Assembly: GCA_028697455.1 (NCBI GenBank)
Contig: JAQVEZ010000003.1
Span: 42,972 to 106,971, forward strand
Reading direction: 5' to 3'
Length of the DNA: 64,000 nucleotides
DNA from: Minisyncoccota bacterium
GTDB taxonomy: Bacteria > Patescibacteriota > Minisyncoccia > Phycocordibacterales > UBA1006
Shown here: in pieces, positions 32,162 through 42,265 of the stretch
Layout: every line of letters starts with the position of its first letter
Position numbering within the stretch: the stretch's first letter is position 1
The notes under the pieces: generated by a model
Databases searched by the model: none
The model's input: the letters and a program-made list of their open reading frames with translations, nothing else
Told to the model about the DNA's origin: nothing
Program-made: the position numbers and the translations under genes

Positions 32162-32536
32162 TTAACACCCCGTTGCTTCGCGATATCCTTGATTGAGAGC
32201 TTGTTCAAGATTTGCAAAGAAAATTTTATTTTCTTCTTTTATGGTGTTTCCACGAGAGCAGCCGACCGGATATACGACACTTCCATTTTTTGACGCAAAA
32301 TATTCTAAATATTGTTGTTTTGCTGTTTGATACTTTTTCCACAACGCGATAGCTTCTTCAGATCGTTGATATTGAGGCTCCATAGCATCCCGCATTCTTT
32401 TTTGTTCATAATCAATTCCAAGAGAAAACATAAAGACAAAACCAGCAAATACCGCAATTCCCAGACTTATATCCCCAAGAAAAGTAATACTTTCAAGTCC
32501 CTTGATTTTTTGTTTCAAAATGTCTATAATCTCCAT
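32162..32536 (-). CDS. Membrane protein with Ada-like metal-binding C-terminal domain
   Basis: TM helix then ASKNGSVVYPVGC...IKEENKIFF...A...GY...C. Confidence 0.7.
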   Translation of the reverse strand: MEIIDILKQKIKGLESITFLGDISLGIAVFAGFVFMFSLGIDYEQKRMRDAMEPQYQRSEEAIALWKKYQTAKQQYLEYFASKNGSVVYPVGCSRGNTIKEENKIFFANLEQALNQGYREATGC

Positions 32537-32611
32537 GTTACTCTTTTGTGATAGCACCATTAACTATCACAATAAAATATATTTATAAGATAAGTATACT
32601 GAAAATAATTT

Positions 32612-32890
32612 ATGGCAACAAGGAAAGCTGGAGGATCGGCAAAAAACTTACGCGATTCAAATCCAAAATATCTCGGAGTAAAACTTGCTGACGGACAACA
32701 AGCACAAACAGGCGCAATTATTGTTCGGCAACGCGGAACAAAAATAATGCCCGGAGAAAATGTTGGAGTAGGAAGAGATCACAGTCTCTTTGCTCTCAAG
32801 GAAGGGATTGTTCGTTTTTCATCAAAAAGAAAAACCCATTTCGACGGAAAGACTATTATTAAAAAAGTCGTTTCAGTACTCTCAGAATAA
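32612..32890 (+). CDS. rpmA: 50S ribosomal protein L27
   Basis: [27 protein letters not shown]. Confidence 0.97.
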   Translation: MATRKAGGSAKNLRDSNPKYLGVKLADGQQAQTGAIIVRQRGTKIMPGENVGVGRDHSLFALKEGIVRFSSKRKTHFDGKTIIKKVVSVLSE

Positions 32891-32921
32891 AAATACCTGT
32901 CTCAACGAGACGGGTATTTTT
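32889..32921. terminator. Bidirectional intrinsic terminator
   Basis: aaaaatacctgtctc-aac-gagacgggtattttt between convergent genes. Confidence 0.8.
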
Positions 32922-32923
32922 AT

Positions 32924-33508
32924 TTATTTATTTTCTTGAATATTTTTTACAACGCTTTCAATAAAATTGAGAACGTCTCCAATTTCGTTATAAATAATAG
33001 AAATATTTCCTGAGCTTCGATTAAGTCCTAATCGCTCTCGACAAAAAGATGTTACCGTATCACTACAAAAACGAACTCCTGCCAATCGAGTCTGAGAAGG
33101 AAACGCAATTGCTCTCAAGGGAAATGCGTAACAATACCCGGAACAGTCTCCGTCTCCAAAAAGGTCTGGAAGTTTCTCTCCTCCTTTATTAAGGAACCAT
33201 TCGCCCGTGCTGTTCTGAGTATCACCATCGCCTCCTCCGGCTTTTGTTGCCTCACCACGTGTAGTTGTCCCATCACCAGCAGAATCTACGCCTCCTGCAT
33301 AAGCAGAGCCATCCCCCGCACCATTGGTTGCGCTATAAGGAATCCCATCACCAAGCCCCGTATAAAAATCTAGAACATGAGGAAGGCCTGATGAAGAGCT
33401 TGATGTTTGTGCAACAGCTTTGTTTATCTCGGGATTAAAAAGAGTAAAAACCAATACGAAGGCAAGCCCAAAAAGCCCTCCGATAATCATTTTGCTATTT
33501 ATTTTCAT
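32924..33508 (-). CDS. Secreted Gly/Asp-rich protein with divergent copy of the C-terminal module (family member 4)
   Basis: Signal peptide ...AVA/Q; C-term GVRFCSDTVTSFCR...ISIIYNEIGDVLNFIESVVKNIQENK. Confidence 0.75.
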   Translation of the reverse strand: MKINSKMIIGGLFGLAFVLVFTLFNPEINKAVAQTSSSSSGLPHVLDFYTGLGDGIPYSATNGAGDGSAYAGGVDSAGDGTTTRGEATKAGGGDGDTQNSTGEWFLNKGGEKLPDLFGDGDCSGYCYAFPLRAIAFPSQTRLAGVRFCSDTVTSFCRERLGLNRSSGNISIIYNEIGDVLNFIESVVKNIQENK

Positions 33509-33559
33509 AACGAGAATTATACCACTAAAAAGAAAAAAGACTCAAGTCTTTTGTTTCTC

Positions 33560-33850
33560 TTATTGAGAGTTTTGTTCTTCAAGAAGCGCAGCACAGTGAT
33601 CACAAACAAGGAATGCCTTTTTTCGAATATGAGCGTAAGAAAAAATAGAATAAAAAATTGATAAAGAAACGAGTATATATAAGCCCCCTCCAATAACTCG
33701 AAGAACAGGGTGAAGTCCATGAATAATGCTCAGAATATCAACTCCTGCTATGATAGCGATTCCAAAAACAGCCATATCAAGAGCCACAAGAAAAACGACA
33801 AATCGAAACCATTTTTTATGGAACCAAGATTTACAAACTTTCTTTTTCAT
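33560..33850 (-). CDS. Small two-TM membrane protein
   Basis: Two hydrophobic segments, C-terminal CDHC. Confidence 0.55.
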   Translation of the reverse strand: MKKKVCKSWFHKKWFRFVVFLVALDMAVFGIAIIAGVDILSIIHGLHPVLRVIGGGLYILVSLSIFYSIFSYAHIRKKAFLVCDHCAALLEEQNSQ

Positions 33851-34040
33851 ACTTTTTAAGTATACCAAAAAATAAAAGACAATACCACCCAGATGAGCCC
33901 ATTTCTATTGACTTTTAGAGGAAAGTGGTTAAACTTTAGTTTATATATGAGTGATGAGATTTCTTCTCATCCTTTTTACAAAGAGTAAAAACGCATATAT
34001 TTCTAATTACTTACATTATTGATTTAATTTTAAAAAAGTT

Positions 34041-34568
34041 TTGAGTACAAAAGATAGCGAACGATTAAAAATAAACGAAGGAATACGAGCTCCAGAATTG
34101 CGAGTTCTCTTTGAGGATGGAGAGTCCAAAATCATGACACGTGAAGATGCGCTCTCTCTCGCACAAGAACTTGGGTTAGATCTTATCGAGATCACCGCAA
34201 AGGCAAACCCTCCTGTAGCAAAAATTACTGACTACGGAAAATTCGTTTACGATCAAAAGAAAAAACAAAAAGAAATTAAATCACGACAGACAAATTTTGA
34301 AGTAAAAAGTATCCAAATACGTACCGGAACTGGAGAAGCTGATCTCAAAATGAAGGCAAAGCAAGCGTCAAAATGGCTTGCCGAAGGACACCGCGTTAAA
34401 GCTGAACTCTATCTACGAGGACGAAGCAAGTATATGGAAAAATCTTTTTTAGAGAATCGCTTACAGGCGCTACTTGATCTCATAGATGAGAGCTACAAAG
34501 TTGTCGAAGATTATAAGCAAAGTCCAAAAGGAATTGCTATTCTGGTAGAAGCAGAAAAGAAGAAATAA
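34041..34568 (+). CDS. infC: Translation initiation factor IF-3 (non-ATG start)
   Basis: INEGIRA, DLIEI...PPVAKITDYGKF; start codon uncertain. Confidence 0.93.
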   Translation: MSTKDSERLKINEGIRAPELRVLFEDGESKIMTREDALSLAQELGLDLIEITAKANPPVAKITDYGKFVYDQKKKQKEIKSRQTNFEVKSIQIRTGTGEADLKMKAKQASKWLAEGHRVKAELYLRGRSKYMEKSFLENRLQALLDLIDESYKVVEDYKQSPKGIAILVEAEKKK

Positions 34569-34569
34569 T

Positions 34570-34749
34570 ATGAAAACAAACAAATCCTATACAAAAAGAA
34601 TTAAACTCACCAAAAATGGAAAACTCAAAGTGAGAGCAAAAGGACAAAACCACTTCAATGCGAAAGAAAGTGGAAACACTACTCGTTCAAAACGAGGAAC
34701 TAAAAATGATTTTAATATGAGCAACAAACACATTGCTCGGTTTATGTAA
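34570..34749 (+). CDS. rpmI: 50S ribosomal protein L35
   Basis: Hand-translated MKTNKSYTKRIKLTKNGK...HFNAKESG between infC and rplT. Confidence 0.9.
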   Translation: MKTNKSYTKRIKLTKNGKLKVRAKGQNHFNAKESGNTTRSKRGTKNDFNMSNKHIARFM

Positions 34750-34754
34750 TATAT

Positions 34755-35099
34755 ATGTCACGAGTTAAACGAGGAACTATCAAGAACAAATCACGAAAAA
34801 ATGTTCTTGCACAAGTAAAGGGATATCGATTCGGACGAAGCACCAAAAAGCGATCTGCAAATGATGCCATCGCACATGCAGGAGCAAATGCTTTTAATCA
34901 CCGAAAAGATAAAAAATCTGATTTTAGACGTCTTTGGAATATCAAAATTAACGCCGAAGCAAGAAAGTACGATCTTTCTTACAGCAGACTCATTGATAAG
35001 CTCAAGAAAAACAATATCGGACTCAATCGAAAGATGTTAGCTGATCTTGCAGAAAATGCACCTGCTACATTCAAGCGAGTTGTTGAGAATCTTAAATAA
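34755..35099 (+). CDS. rplT: 50S ribosomal protein L20
   Basis: MSRVKRG, FRRLWNIKINA, LNRKMLADLA. Confidence 0.97.
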   Translation: MSRVKRGTIKNKSRKNVLAQVKGYRFGRSTKKRSANDAIAHAGANAFNHRKDKKSDFRRLWNIKINAEARKYDLSYSRLIDKLKKNNIGLNRKMLADLAENAPATFKRVVENLK

Positions 35100-35135
35100 A
35101 AAAACCGCTTTCAAAAGCGTGTTTTTTATTTTGCA

Positions 35136-35723
35136 CTAAGAAGAAATTTGATAAGCTTGCGCTCTATTTTTCTTTGCTCTTTTTATCAGTTGTTGCACCA
35201 ATCGCTTTGGATCGTTATCAAAAATAATTCGACTTTGATCAAACTCTCCTTCATAATCCTTAAGAAGGTTAAAGAGAATTTCATCAGTATCCCAATCACC
35301 TCGTAAAATACCAATTGGCTTATTCTCCTGAAAGGCGACCCAAAAATCATGAATAGTTTCAGCTCCACCGTAACCAAAAATAATAGCATCAGACGAACGA
35401 GACAAGAGGAGATTCGCCCCAACAAAACCAAAACCAGAATAAATAATCATATCCATATATTTAGTCGGAAGATGATAAACCTGATGGTGCTCCTCTTCGT
35501 TTGTCGCAGGAGAAAAACCAATCACCTGCCCCCCTTTTGCTGAGGCCCCTTTCGCAACCCAAAAAGGAAATCCAGTACTTGCCGAAATTGTTAAGATACA
35601 ATTTTGCTCAGCAATAATCTCTCCAAGTCGATTGGCATCTTCAATATAATCAAAAGACCTTGAATACTGACTCGTTCGAGCGCCATAGACAGAAAGAGAA
35701 ATTTTTTTAGATGAAGCATCCAT
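35136..35723 (-). CDS. LOG/SLOG family protein
   Basis: GAS.KGGQVIGFSPA, SSDAIIFGYGG, KPIGIL. Confidence 0.75.
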   Translation of the reverse strand: MDASSKKISLSVYGARTSQYSRSFDYIEDANRLGEIIAEQNCILTISASTGFPFWVAKGASAKGGQVIGFSPATNEEEHHQVYHLPTKYMDMIIYSGFGFVGANLLLSRSSDAIIFGYGGAETIHDFWVAFQENKPIGILRGDWDTDEILFNLLKDYEGEFDQSRIIFDNDPKRLVQQLIKRAKKNRAQAYQISS

Positions 35724-35745
35724 AAATACACCCCAAGTATACCAC

Positions 35746-37137
35746 CTAATTCATATCGAGAACAACGCTCTCGTTAACATCAGGAGCTGTTGCCTTAATA
35801 CCTAAATAATCTCGAATACGTTGCACAAGAAAAAGAGAAGATTTTAATTCTCCCATAGCAACAAAAACATGCTTAAGTTTTTGTGATGACTGGTTCACAA
35901 AGTCAAGAAGGCCTTGCGAATCTTTGTGTGCAGAATACCCAGAAATTGTTTCAATCTTTGCACGAACAGGGATTTCTTTCCCCAAAATAGTTACTTTCTT
36001 TGCACCATCTTGAATAATTCTCCCAAGCGTTCCTACCGACTGATATCCGACAAACAAAACAAGCGTCGAAGGATCACCGAGATATTGTTTGTGATGATGT
36101 ATGATTCTCCCTGCATGACTCATTCCCGCACTTGAGATGATAATCTTTGGGCCTTTTTGTCTCAAGATAGATTTTGAATCGTCTATAGTATAGGTTTCTT
36201 TCAAACCAGGAAAAGAAAAAATATCTGTGTCCTCCTTCATGCGATTTTGAATATCTGAATTAAAAAGATAGGAGTGTTTACGAAAAATATCAGTAACATC
36301 AATTCCCAAGGGTGTATCAAGGAAAATAGGAAGCTCAGGAACTTCCTTTTTTTCAATGAGTTCATTCAAGAGAAAGAGCAGAACCTGTGTTCGCTCAAGT
36401 GCAAAAGACGGGATCAAGAGTGTTCCTTTCTTTGCAATGGTTTCAAGAACAGCATTTCTCAAAAGAGGAATACGATCCTCTCGATTTTCGTGATTACGGT
36501 CTCCATACACAGATTCAATCACCATGTAATCGACCCCTTCTGGGATCTCAGTATCTTTGAGAAGAATATCAGGAGAATTTCCAAGATCTCCCGTAAAGAC
36601 TATTTTTTTATTTCCATAACTAAAAACAGCCATAGCAGAACCGAGAATATGCCCAGCATCAAAAAGGCTCACTTTTAGCTCTTCACCAAAAGGGATATCA
36701 GAATGAAGGGGTACGTGTTTCCAGAGAGACAGTGCTTTCTTGAGATCAGCTTCGCTATAGTAAGGCTCTTCTCCTTTTTTCTGTGCCTCAAAACTTACAA
36801 TCTCAAAAGCATCTTTGAGCATGAGTTTGGCAAGATCATACGTCGCTTCAGTAGAATAAATTGTTCCCTTAAAACCATCACGAACGAGTTTTGGGATTCT
36901 CCCAATATGGTCAGCATGGGCATGAGTCACCACGAGGGCATCAATGTCCTGAGGATTATAAGCAAAGTCTTCTTTATTTAACTTTTCAGATTCTTCACCT
37001 CCTTGAAACATTCCACAGTCAACAAGTATCTTGACTCCTTGGGTCTTCTTATCGGGGAGCGTTTCAAGAAGAAAATTCGCTCCCGTAACCCAACCAACAC
37101 CACCATAAAAAGTCAATTTCATTTTATAATCCTTCAT
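35746..37137 (-). CDS. MBL-fold beta-CASP ribonuclease
   Basis: LVDCGMFQG, THAHADHIG, AGHILGS, ESVYG, YSAHKD. Confidence 0.92.
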   Translation of the reverse strand: MKDYKMKLTFYGGVGWVTGANFLLETLPDKKTQGVKILVDCGMFQGGEESEKLNKEDFAYNPQDIDALVVTHAHADHIGRIPKLVRDGFKGTIYSTEATYDLAKLMLKDAFEIVSFEAQKKGEEPYYSEADLKKALSLWKHVPLHSDIPFGEELKVSLFDAGHILGSAMAVFSYGNKKIVFTGDLGNSPDILLKDTEIPEGVDYMVIESVYGDRNHENREDRIPLLRNAVLETIAKKGTLLIPSFALERTQVLLFLLNELIEKKEVPELPIFLDTPLGIDVTDIFRKHSYLFNSDIQNRMKEDTDIFSFPGLKETYTIDDSKSILRQKGPKIIISSAGMSHAGRIIHHHKQYLGDPSTLVLFVGYQSVGTLGRIIQDGAKKVTILGKEIPVRAKIETISGYSAHKDSQGLLDFVNQSSQKLKHVFVAMGELKSSLFLVQRIRDYLGIKATAPDVNESVVLDMN

Positions 37138-37175
37138 AGATGAAAACAGTATAACACGAAACACCCCTTCCATTC

Positions 37176-37203
37176 AAAAAAACCCTCCAAAGAAGGTTTT
37201 TTT
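37176..37203 (-). terminator. Terminator of the candidate ncRNA
   Basis: Minus strand aaaaaaaccttc-tttg-gagggttttttt. Confidence 0.65.
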
Positions 37204-37331
37204 GTGTAGCTTTGAATTTAAGAACATTGACATAAAGCCAAGTGGGATTCAGAAATTATAAACCAAGATTTACAACTATCAAGATTCCCGTGTTCAAAGT
37301 GTTTCAAAGTCTTTGCATTCAAAGACTACAC
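37204..37331 (-). ncRNA. Candidate 6S-like RNA (~128 nt)
   Basis: Own extended -10 (TGcTATACT) and terminator; ends pair (gtgtagtctttgaa / ttcaaagctacac); inner gggaatc/gaatccc stem and apical agttgtaaat/gtttataatt hairpin; no ORF in the supplied track. Confidence 0.55.
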
Positions 37332-37367
37332 CTTAAGTATAGCACAATCCAAAACAAAAAACAGCTC

Positions 37368-37532
37368 TTATAAGCTGTTTTCACTTTGCATTGCAGAAAG
37401 GAGTTGTTGATAGAGTCCCAAGAGTTCAGTATAGATACTGATCAGAGGATTATTGTTAGTAAATCCATTTTGAGGTCTACAGAAAGTCGTAACGGTTTCA
37501 GAGCAGAAACGAGTTCCGAAGATGCTTGAAGA
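37368..37532 (-). repeat. Conserved 3' module, copy 2
   Basis: Aligns with 11109-11270 and 56623-56784. Confidence 0.9.
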
Positions 37533-38609
37533 GCGAGGAAACAAATTTCCATTATCCTTTTGTAATGTTCCAGTCAAGAAAACAGAGCTTGAGCCATCGT
37601 TATAAAGTGGCCCCCCTATAACAACATACTGATCATCTTCATAAAACATAAATATCGGAATAAAATCTAAAAAAGGAAATTCTTCTCGTTCCCAACTCTC
37701 TAAATTATTTGAACTAAAAAGATAATTTGTACTAGTCGCCTCTTCCACGTCAAAAATAGACCCTCCTGTTACATAGAGATTGTTGGTATATGTTACATTC
37801 TTGTGTAAACCAAGTTCTCCGTCTCCAAAAGGAGAACTATGCTCATTCCATGTGATTCCATCTGACGAGATGAATAGATGAGCAGTTTCATCTTCATCCA
37901 TTACACTGAGTATAAAGAGATTATTTGTAGAGTTAAAAGACGTCACTTCTCCTTCTGGAAAAGAAGATGTCCTATCGTCCCACTCAATTCCGTCACTTGA
38001 AGTAAGAACTAAATCATTAGATATAATAACAAACAACTCATTACCATAAAAAACAAAAGCTGCAGAGGCGGGAGCGGACGAAGGGGTTTGTTCAGTCCAT
38101 GTGATTCCGTCACTTGAAGTGTATATCTTTGGTGCTATTACCGGTGAATTTGTTGTAAGAACAAAGAGATCCTTACCATATGCAATAGAAAGAACCGATT
38201 CCTCATCAAGACCAAGGTCTTCTACTTCGTTCCATTGCTTTCCGTCAGGTGAAATGAAAACGCGAGGTGACACCGCTCCCAAGGGTCCCAAGAGTGAGTG
38301 TATACTACCACCAGCCACAAAGGTGTCATTTCCATAAGCGACAGAATTAATAACCCCAAGACCGTCGAGATCTTGCTCAGTCCATTTAATTCCATCTTCG
38401 GAAGTAAGAATAAGCGGAGTAAAGTCTGTCAAATCTTCACCCTTTACTCCTCCAACAGCAACAAAAAGGTTATCTTCATGAATAACAGAAGATACAAGAT
38501 AATTAGAAGGTGTTGGATGAATCTTCCATTCAATCTCCTGTGCGAATAATGTCCCAGCTCCTCCGAAAAGCAAAGCTGAAGCGAGTAATATATATGTATA
38601 CTTTTTCAT
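37368..38609 (-). CDS. Secreted Asp-box beta-propeller protein with conserved C-terminal module (family member 2)
   Basis: Signal peptide ...LFA/QEIEW; SSDGITW repeats; C-term IFGTRFCSETVTTFCRPQNGF...IYTELLGLYQQLLSAMQ. Confidence 0.85.
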   Translation of the reverse strand: MKKYTYILLASALLFGGAGTLFAQEIEWKIHPTPSNYLVSSVIHEDNLFVAVGGVKGEDLTDFTPLILTSEDGIKWTEQDLDGLGVINSVAYGNDTFVAGGSIHSLLGPLGAVSPRVFISPDGKQWNEVEDLGLDEESVLSIAYGKDLFVLTTNSPVIAPKIYTSSDGITWTEQTPSSAPASAAFVFYGNELFVIISNDLVLTSSDGIEWDDRTSSFPEGEVTSFNSTNNLFILSVMDEDETAHLFISSDGITWNEHSSPFGDGELGLHKNVTYTNNLYVTGGSIFDVEEATSTNYLFSSNNLESWEREEFPFLDFIPIFMFYEDDQYVVIGGPLYNDGSSSVFLTGTLQKDNGNLFPRSSSIFGTRFCSETVTTFCRPQNGFTNNNPLISIYTELLGLYQQLLSAMQSENSL

Positions 38610-38617
38610 ACCCCTCT

Positions 38618-38646
38618 ATTATATCTTCTGCCCCCCCCCGAGTCAA
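38618..38646 (-). promoter_or_regulatory. Sigma70 promoter with G9 tract in spacer
   Basis: TTGACT-cGGGGGGGGGcagaaga(17 nt)-TATAAT, 8 nt before ATG. Confidence 0.85.
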
Positions 38647-38697
38647 GTTTTTTACAGCAATATAAAAAACACCTTTATAAAAAAGTGTTTTTATAAA

Positions 38698-40737
38698 CTA
38701 GATATCAATACGAACAAGCTTTGCGTTATTCTGAATAAAGAGTTTTCGAGGTTCTACATCTGCTCCCATCAAAGTATCAAAGATAAGATCAGCTTCAACC
38801 GCATCATCGATGGTCACCTGTTTGAGAATTCGAGTTTCTGGATTCATCGTCGTCTCCCAGAGCTCATCAGCGTTCATCTCTCCCAACCCTTTATATCGTT
38901 GAACGTGGATCTTGCTGCTTACTTTTTGCACCACATTCTCTTCTTCTTCCTCACCCGTATCACTTTCTCCCATATCAGTATCAGCAATCGTTGCTCCTAA
39001 CTCTCTGAGAATATCATCTCGCTCTTCATCAGAAAAGGCATACGAAACTGATTTTCCCTTTTTGATTTTGTAGAGTGGGGGTTGCGCAACATAAATATAT
39101 CCTGCCTCAATAAACTCTCGGAAATGACGGAAGAAAAAAGTCATTAATAAAGTTCGAATATGAGATCCATCAACATCCGCGTCGGTTGCGATAACGATTT
39201 TGTGATATCGAGCCTTCTCAATATCAAAGGTTTCTCCAATAGAAGTCCCAAAGGCAACGATCATTGATTTGATTTCATTATTAGCAAGCATCTTGTCCAA
39301 ACGAACTCGCTCAACGTTGAGAGGTTTTCCTCTCAAAGGAAGTATCGCCTGAGTCCTTCGGTCTCGTCCTTGTTTTGCTGTTCCTCCCGCAGAATCTCCC
39401 TCAACAATAAAGATCTCTGCCTCATCAGCATTTTTGGTTTGGCAGTCGGTGAGTTTTCCTGGAAGGGTCAATCCTTCGAGAGCTCCTTTTCGCAAAATAG
39501 AATCCTTTGCTGCTTTTGCTGCCTTACGAGCCTTGAGTGCAAGAATAGCTTTCTTTAAAATATTTTTTGCATCATCAGGATTCTCTTCAAGAAAATCTCC
39601 AAAAGCATCCCCAAACAACGACTCAACGGCTCCACGTGCTTCAGGAGAACCAAGCTTGTCTTTGGTCTGTCCCTCGAACTGAATCTCCTTCATTTTGACT
39701 GAGACCACCACAGAAATTCCTTCGAGAACATCTTCTCCCTGAAGGGCCCCTTCTTTTTCTGGAAGGATTTTATTTTTCTTGTTGTAGTTATTGAGGAGTC
39801 TCGTTAAGGCTGTCTTAAATCCTGTGATATGCATCCCTCCTCCTGGTGTTGGAATGTTATTGGCAAAAGCAACAACACGAGGGGTAATGTCATTAACATA
39901 TTGCAAGGCAACCTCAACTTGAATTCCTTCTTCACTTTCTTTTTCAACATGAAAAATATTTTTATGAACAGGTTTTTGATGAGTATTAAAATAGCGAATC
40001 ATTGAAACAACTCCTCCTTCAAAATAATAGGTCATTGAAGGAACCTCAAGCTGAAGATCTTCAAGATAAATAGCATCAAGAGTATCAAGAGCACCTTCAT
40101 AGTTTCGAGCATCAAGAATGCTTATTCTCAAATTCTTAACAAGGTAAGCTTGTTGTTGATAGTGCTTGATAATCTTCTCCCAATTAAATTCAATTTCATG
40201 GAAAATCTCGCTATCAGGCTGAAAGAGAACAATAGTTCCATTGTGGTCGGTTTTTCCAATTTTTTTAACAGGAGCAGCGATTTTTCCTTGGTGATATTCT
40301 TGGAAATAACGATTTCCATCCTTGTATACGTCAACACGAGTATGTGTTGAAAGAGCGTTCACCACCGAAGCTCCCACCCCGTGAAGCCCTCCAGAAAATT
40401 TATAGTTATCATTATTAAACTTACCTCCAGCATGCAAGGTTGTCATAATAACCTCAAGTGCTGATTTTCCTGTTTTTGGGTGAGTATCAACAGGAATTCC
40501 TCGTCCATTATCAACAACCCGAACATAATTATCAGGGAGAAGAACGATTTCAATATGGTTACAATAACCCGCCATCGCCTCATCTCTTGAGTTGTCAAAA
40601 ATCTCCTTAATAAGATGGTGGAGTCCATCAGGACCCGTTGATCCAATGTACATTCCAGGTCTTTTCCGAACTGGTTCGAGCCCTTCAAGAACGGAAATAT
40701 CACTTGCGGTATAAGCTTTTTTATTTTTTTCTGCCAT
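38698..40737 (-). CDS. gyrB: DNA gyrase subunit B
   Basis: VRKRPGMYIG, LHAGGKF, VEGDSAGG, DADVDGSHI, RYKGLGEM. Confidence 0.93.
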   Translation of the reverse strand: MAEKNKKAYTASDISVLEGLEPVRKRPGMYIGSTGPDGLHHLIKEIFDNSRDEAMAGYCNHIEIVLLPDNYVRVVDNGRGIPVDTHPKTGKSALEVIMTTLHAGGKFNNDNYKFSGGLHGVGASVVNALSTHTRVDVYKDGNRYFQEYHQGKIAAPVKKIGKTDHNGTIVLFQPDSEIFHEIEFNWEKIIKHYQQQAYLVKNLRISILDARNYEGALDTLDAIYLEDLQLEVPSMTYYFEGGVVSMIRYFNTHQKPVHKNIFHVEKESEEGIQVEVALQYVNDITPRVVAFANNIPTPGGGMHITGFKTALTRLLNNYNKKNKILPEKEGALQGEDVLEGISVVVSVKMKEIQFEGQTKDKLGSPEARGAVESLFGDAFGDFLEENPDDAKNILKKAILALKARKAAKAAKDSILRKGALEGLTLPGKLTDCQTKNADEAEIFIVEGDSAGGTAKQGRDRRTQAILPLRGKPLNVERVRLDKMLANNEIKSMIVAFGTSIGETFDIEKARYHKIVIATDADVDGSHIRTLLMTFFFRHFREFIEAGYIYVAQPPLYKIKKGKSVSYAFSDEERDDILRELGATIADTDMGESDTGEEEEENVVQKVSSKIHVQRYKGLGEMNADELWETTMNPETRILKQVTIDDAVEADLIFDTLMGADVEPRKLFIQNNAKLVRIDI

Positions 40738-40808
40738 AGATAGCCCTATTATACCAAAAAAATCTTTATTTTAAAGGCCGAGAAGAAGTATGCTACACTT
40801 AAAAAGTA

Positions 40809-41474
40809 ATGAACTATACCATAGGAAATGATTGGGATATTGAGCTCGAGAGCTATTTTAAAAGCAATATGTGGCAAAAATTGCGTGATTTTGTCACACG
40901 AGAATACCAAGAAAAAGTCATTTTTCCCGAAGAAAAGAACATCTTCCAAGCACTCAAAAAAAGCTCTTTCAAAGAAACCAAAGTCATTATCCTCGGGCAA
41001 GACCCCTATCCTAACAAGGGACAAGCTCACGGACTTGCCTTCTCAGTCCCCAACGGGATCTCCCTTCCTCCTTCTCTCAAAAATATTTTTAAGGAACTCA
41101 AAAACGATCTCGGAGAACAAAGAGAACGAACTGATGGAGACCTTAGTTCTTGGGCAGAACAAGGAGTGCTCCTCCTCAACAGTGTTCTCACAACCGAAGA
41201 GCACAAACCACAAAGCCATGCAGGGCAGGGTTGGGAGGATTTTACCGATACCGTTATCAAAACCCTTTCAAACAAAAAAGACCACTGTGTCTTTATTCTC
41301 TGGGGAAACTCTGCACGAAACAAGAAAAAACTCATTGATACAACCAAGCACTGCGTCCTCGAAGGGTCACACCCATCGCCCTTGTCTGCTTATCGAGGTT
41401 TTTTCAATCAACACTATTTTTCAAAAACAAACAACCATCTCAAGCAAAACAAAAAAACTCCCATACACTGGTAG
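40809..41474 (+). CDS. ung: Uracil-DNA glycosylase
   Basis: ILGQDPY, GVLLLNS, HPSPLS. Confidence 0.96.
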   Translation: MNYTIGNDWDIELESYFKSNMWQKLRDFVTREYQEKVIFPEEKNIFQALKKSSFKETKVIILGQDPYPNKGQAHGLAFSVPNGISLPPSLKNIFKELKNDLGEQRERTDGDLSSWAEQGVLLLNSVLTTEEHKPQSHAGQGWEDFTDTVIKTLSNKKDHCVFILWGNSARNKKKLIDTTKHCVLEGSHPSPLSAYRGFFNQHYFSKTNNHLKQNKKTPIHW

Positions 41475-41478
41475 TTTT

Positions 41479-42183
41479 TTAAATCACTTCTTCTCCTTTG
41501 TTGCTCTTGAGATAGACGTTCCAATAATTTCTCTTGTAGTTTTGTTTTCCCCAGCGCTGGTAGCCTGTCTTTCGTTCCATACGAATGACCTTAAAATAGT
41601 TTCCATAGAGTTTTTTAAAATCAGGACCAGAAAAAACTCGTTCTCGAATTTTTCTAACAGGATGAATATACGTATCTTTTTCTCCCCCAGGAAATTCTTG
41701 TATCATCTTTTGTGCATTCACATCCCCCTCTTTGGCAAGTGTTCGAACGTACAAATACCCATCCTTTTTTAGAACCCGCTGACATTCAGCAAGGTACACC
41801 GTACGTTCCTTTTCATTCAAAGCATTTGAACTCGTAACGTCAAGAATAATATCGACAGAATTATCAGGAAGGTCATAGGGTTCAGCAATATTATGGAGAA
41901 CAAAAGAAATCTGAGGGTGCGCGTGGATCATACGTGCTTGTTCCAAAGCCTCTTCTGAAAAGTCATAGGCATAGACCTTGGCATCATAGTTATCTGCCAT
42001 ATAAAAACTATTTCTTCCAACTCCTGCTCCAAGGTCAAGAACAGAAAGCTTCTGCGTAAAATCAATATTTTTATTTTTTTTAAGCCATTTAACAAAACGA
42101 AAAAAATCTTTTTGTGGTTTGTGTGAGAGGCTTATAAACCTAGGATTTTTATATTCATCATCCCATTGCTCTTGATTGCTCAT
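41479..42183 (-). CDS. Class I SAM-dependent methyltransferase
   Basis: VLDLGAGVGRN motif I, RVLKKDGYL. Confidence 0.85.
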   Translation of the reverse strand: MSNQEQWDDEYKNPRFISLSHKPQKDFFRFVKWLKKNKNIDFTQKLSVLDLGAGVGRNSFYMADNYDAKVYAYDFSEEALEQARMIHAHPQISFVLHNIAEPYDLPDNSVDIILDVTSSNALNEKERTVYLAECQRVLKKDGYLYVRTLAKEGDVNAQKMIQEFPGGEKDTYIHPVRKIRERVFSGPDFKKLYGNYFKVIRMERKTGYQRWGKQNYKRNYWNVYLKSNKGEEVI

Positions 42184-42265
42184 AGTTCACATTCTAATGA
42201 GAGAACAAAAAAAGTCTATAAAAAAGCCATCCTCATGGGATGGCTCTTGAGAAGGGCCATCCTTC

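Noticed and set aside
40828-41772. 314-aa plus-strand ORF
   Set aside because: Alternate-frame shadow over ung and antisense to the methyltransferase; no motifs
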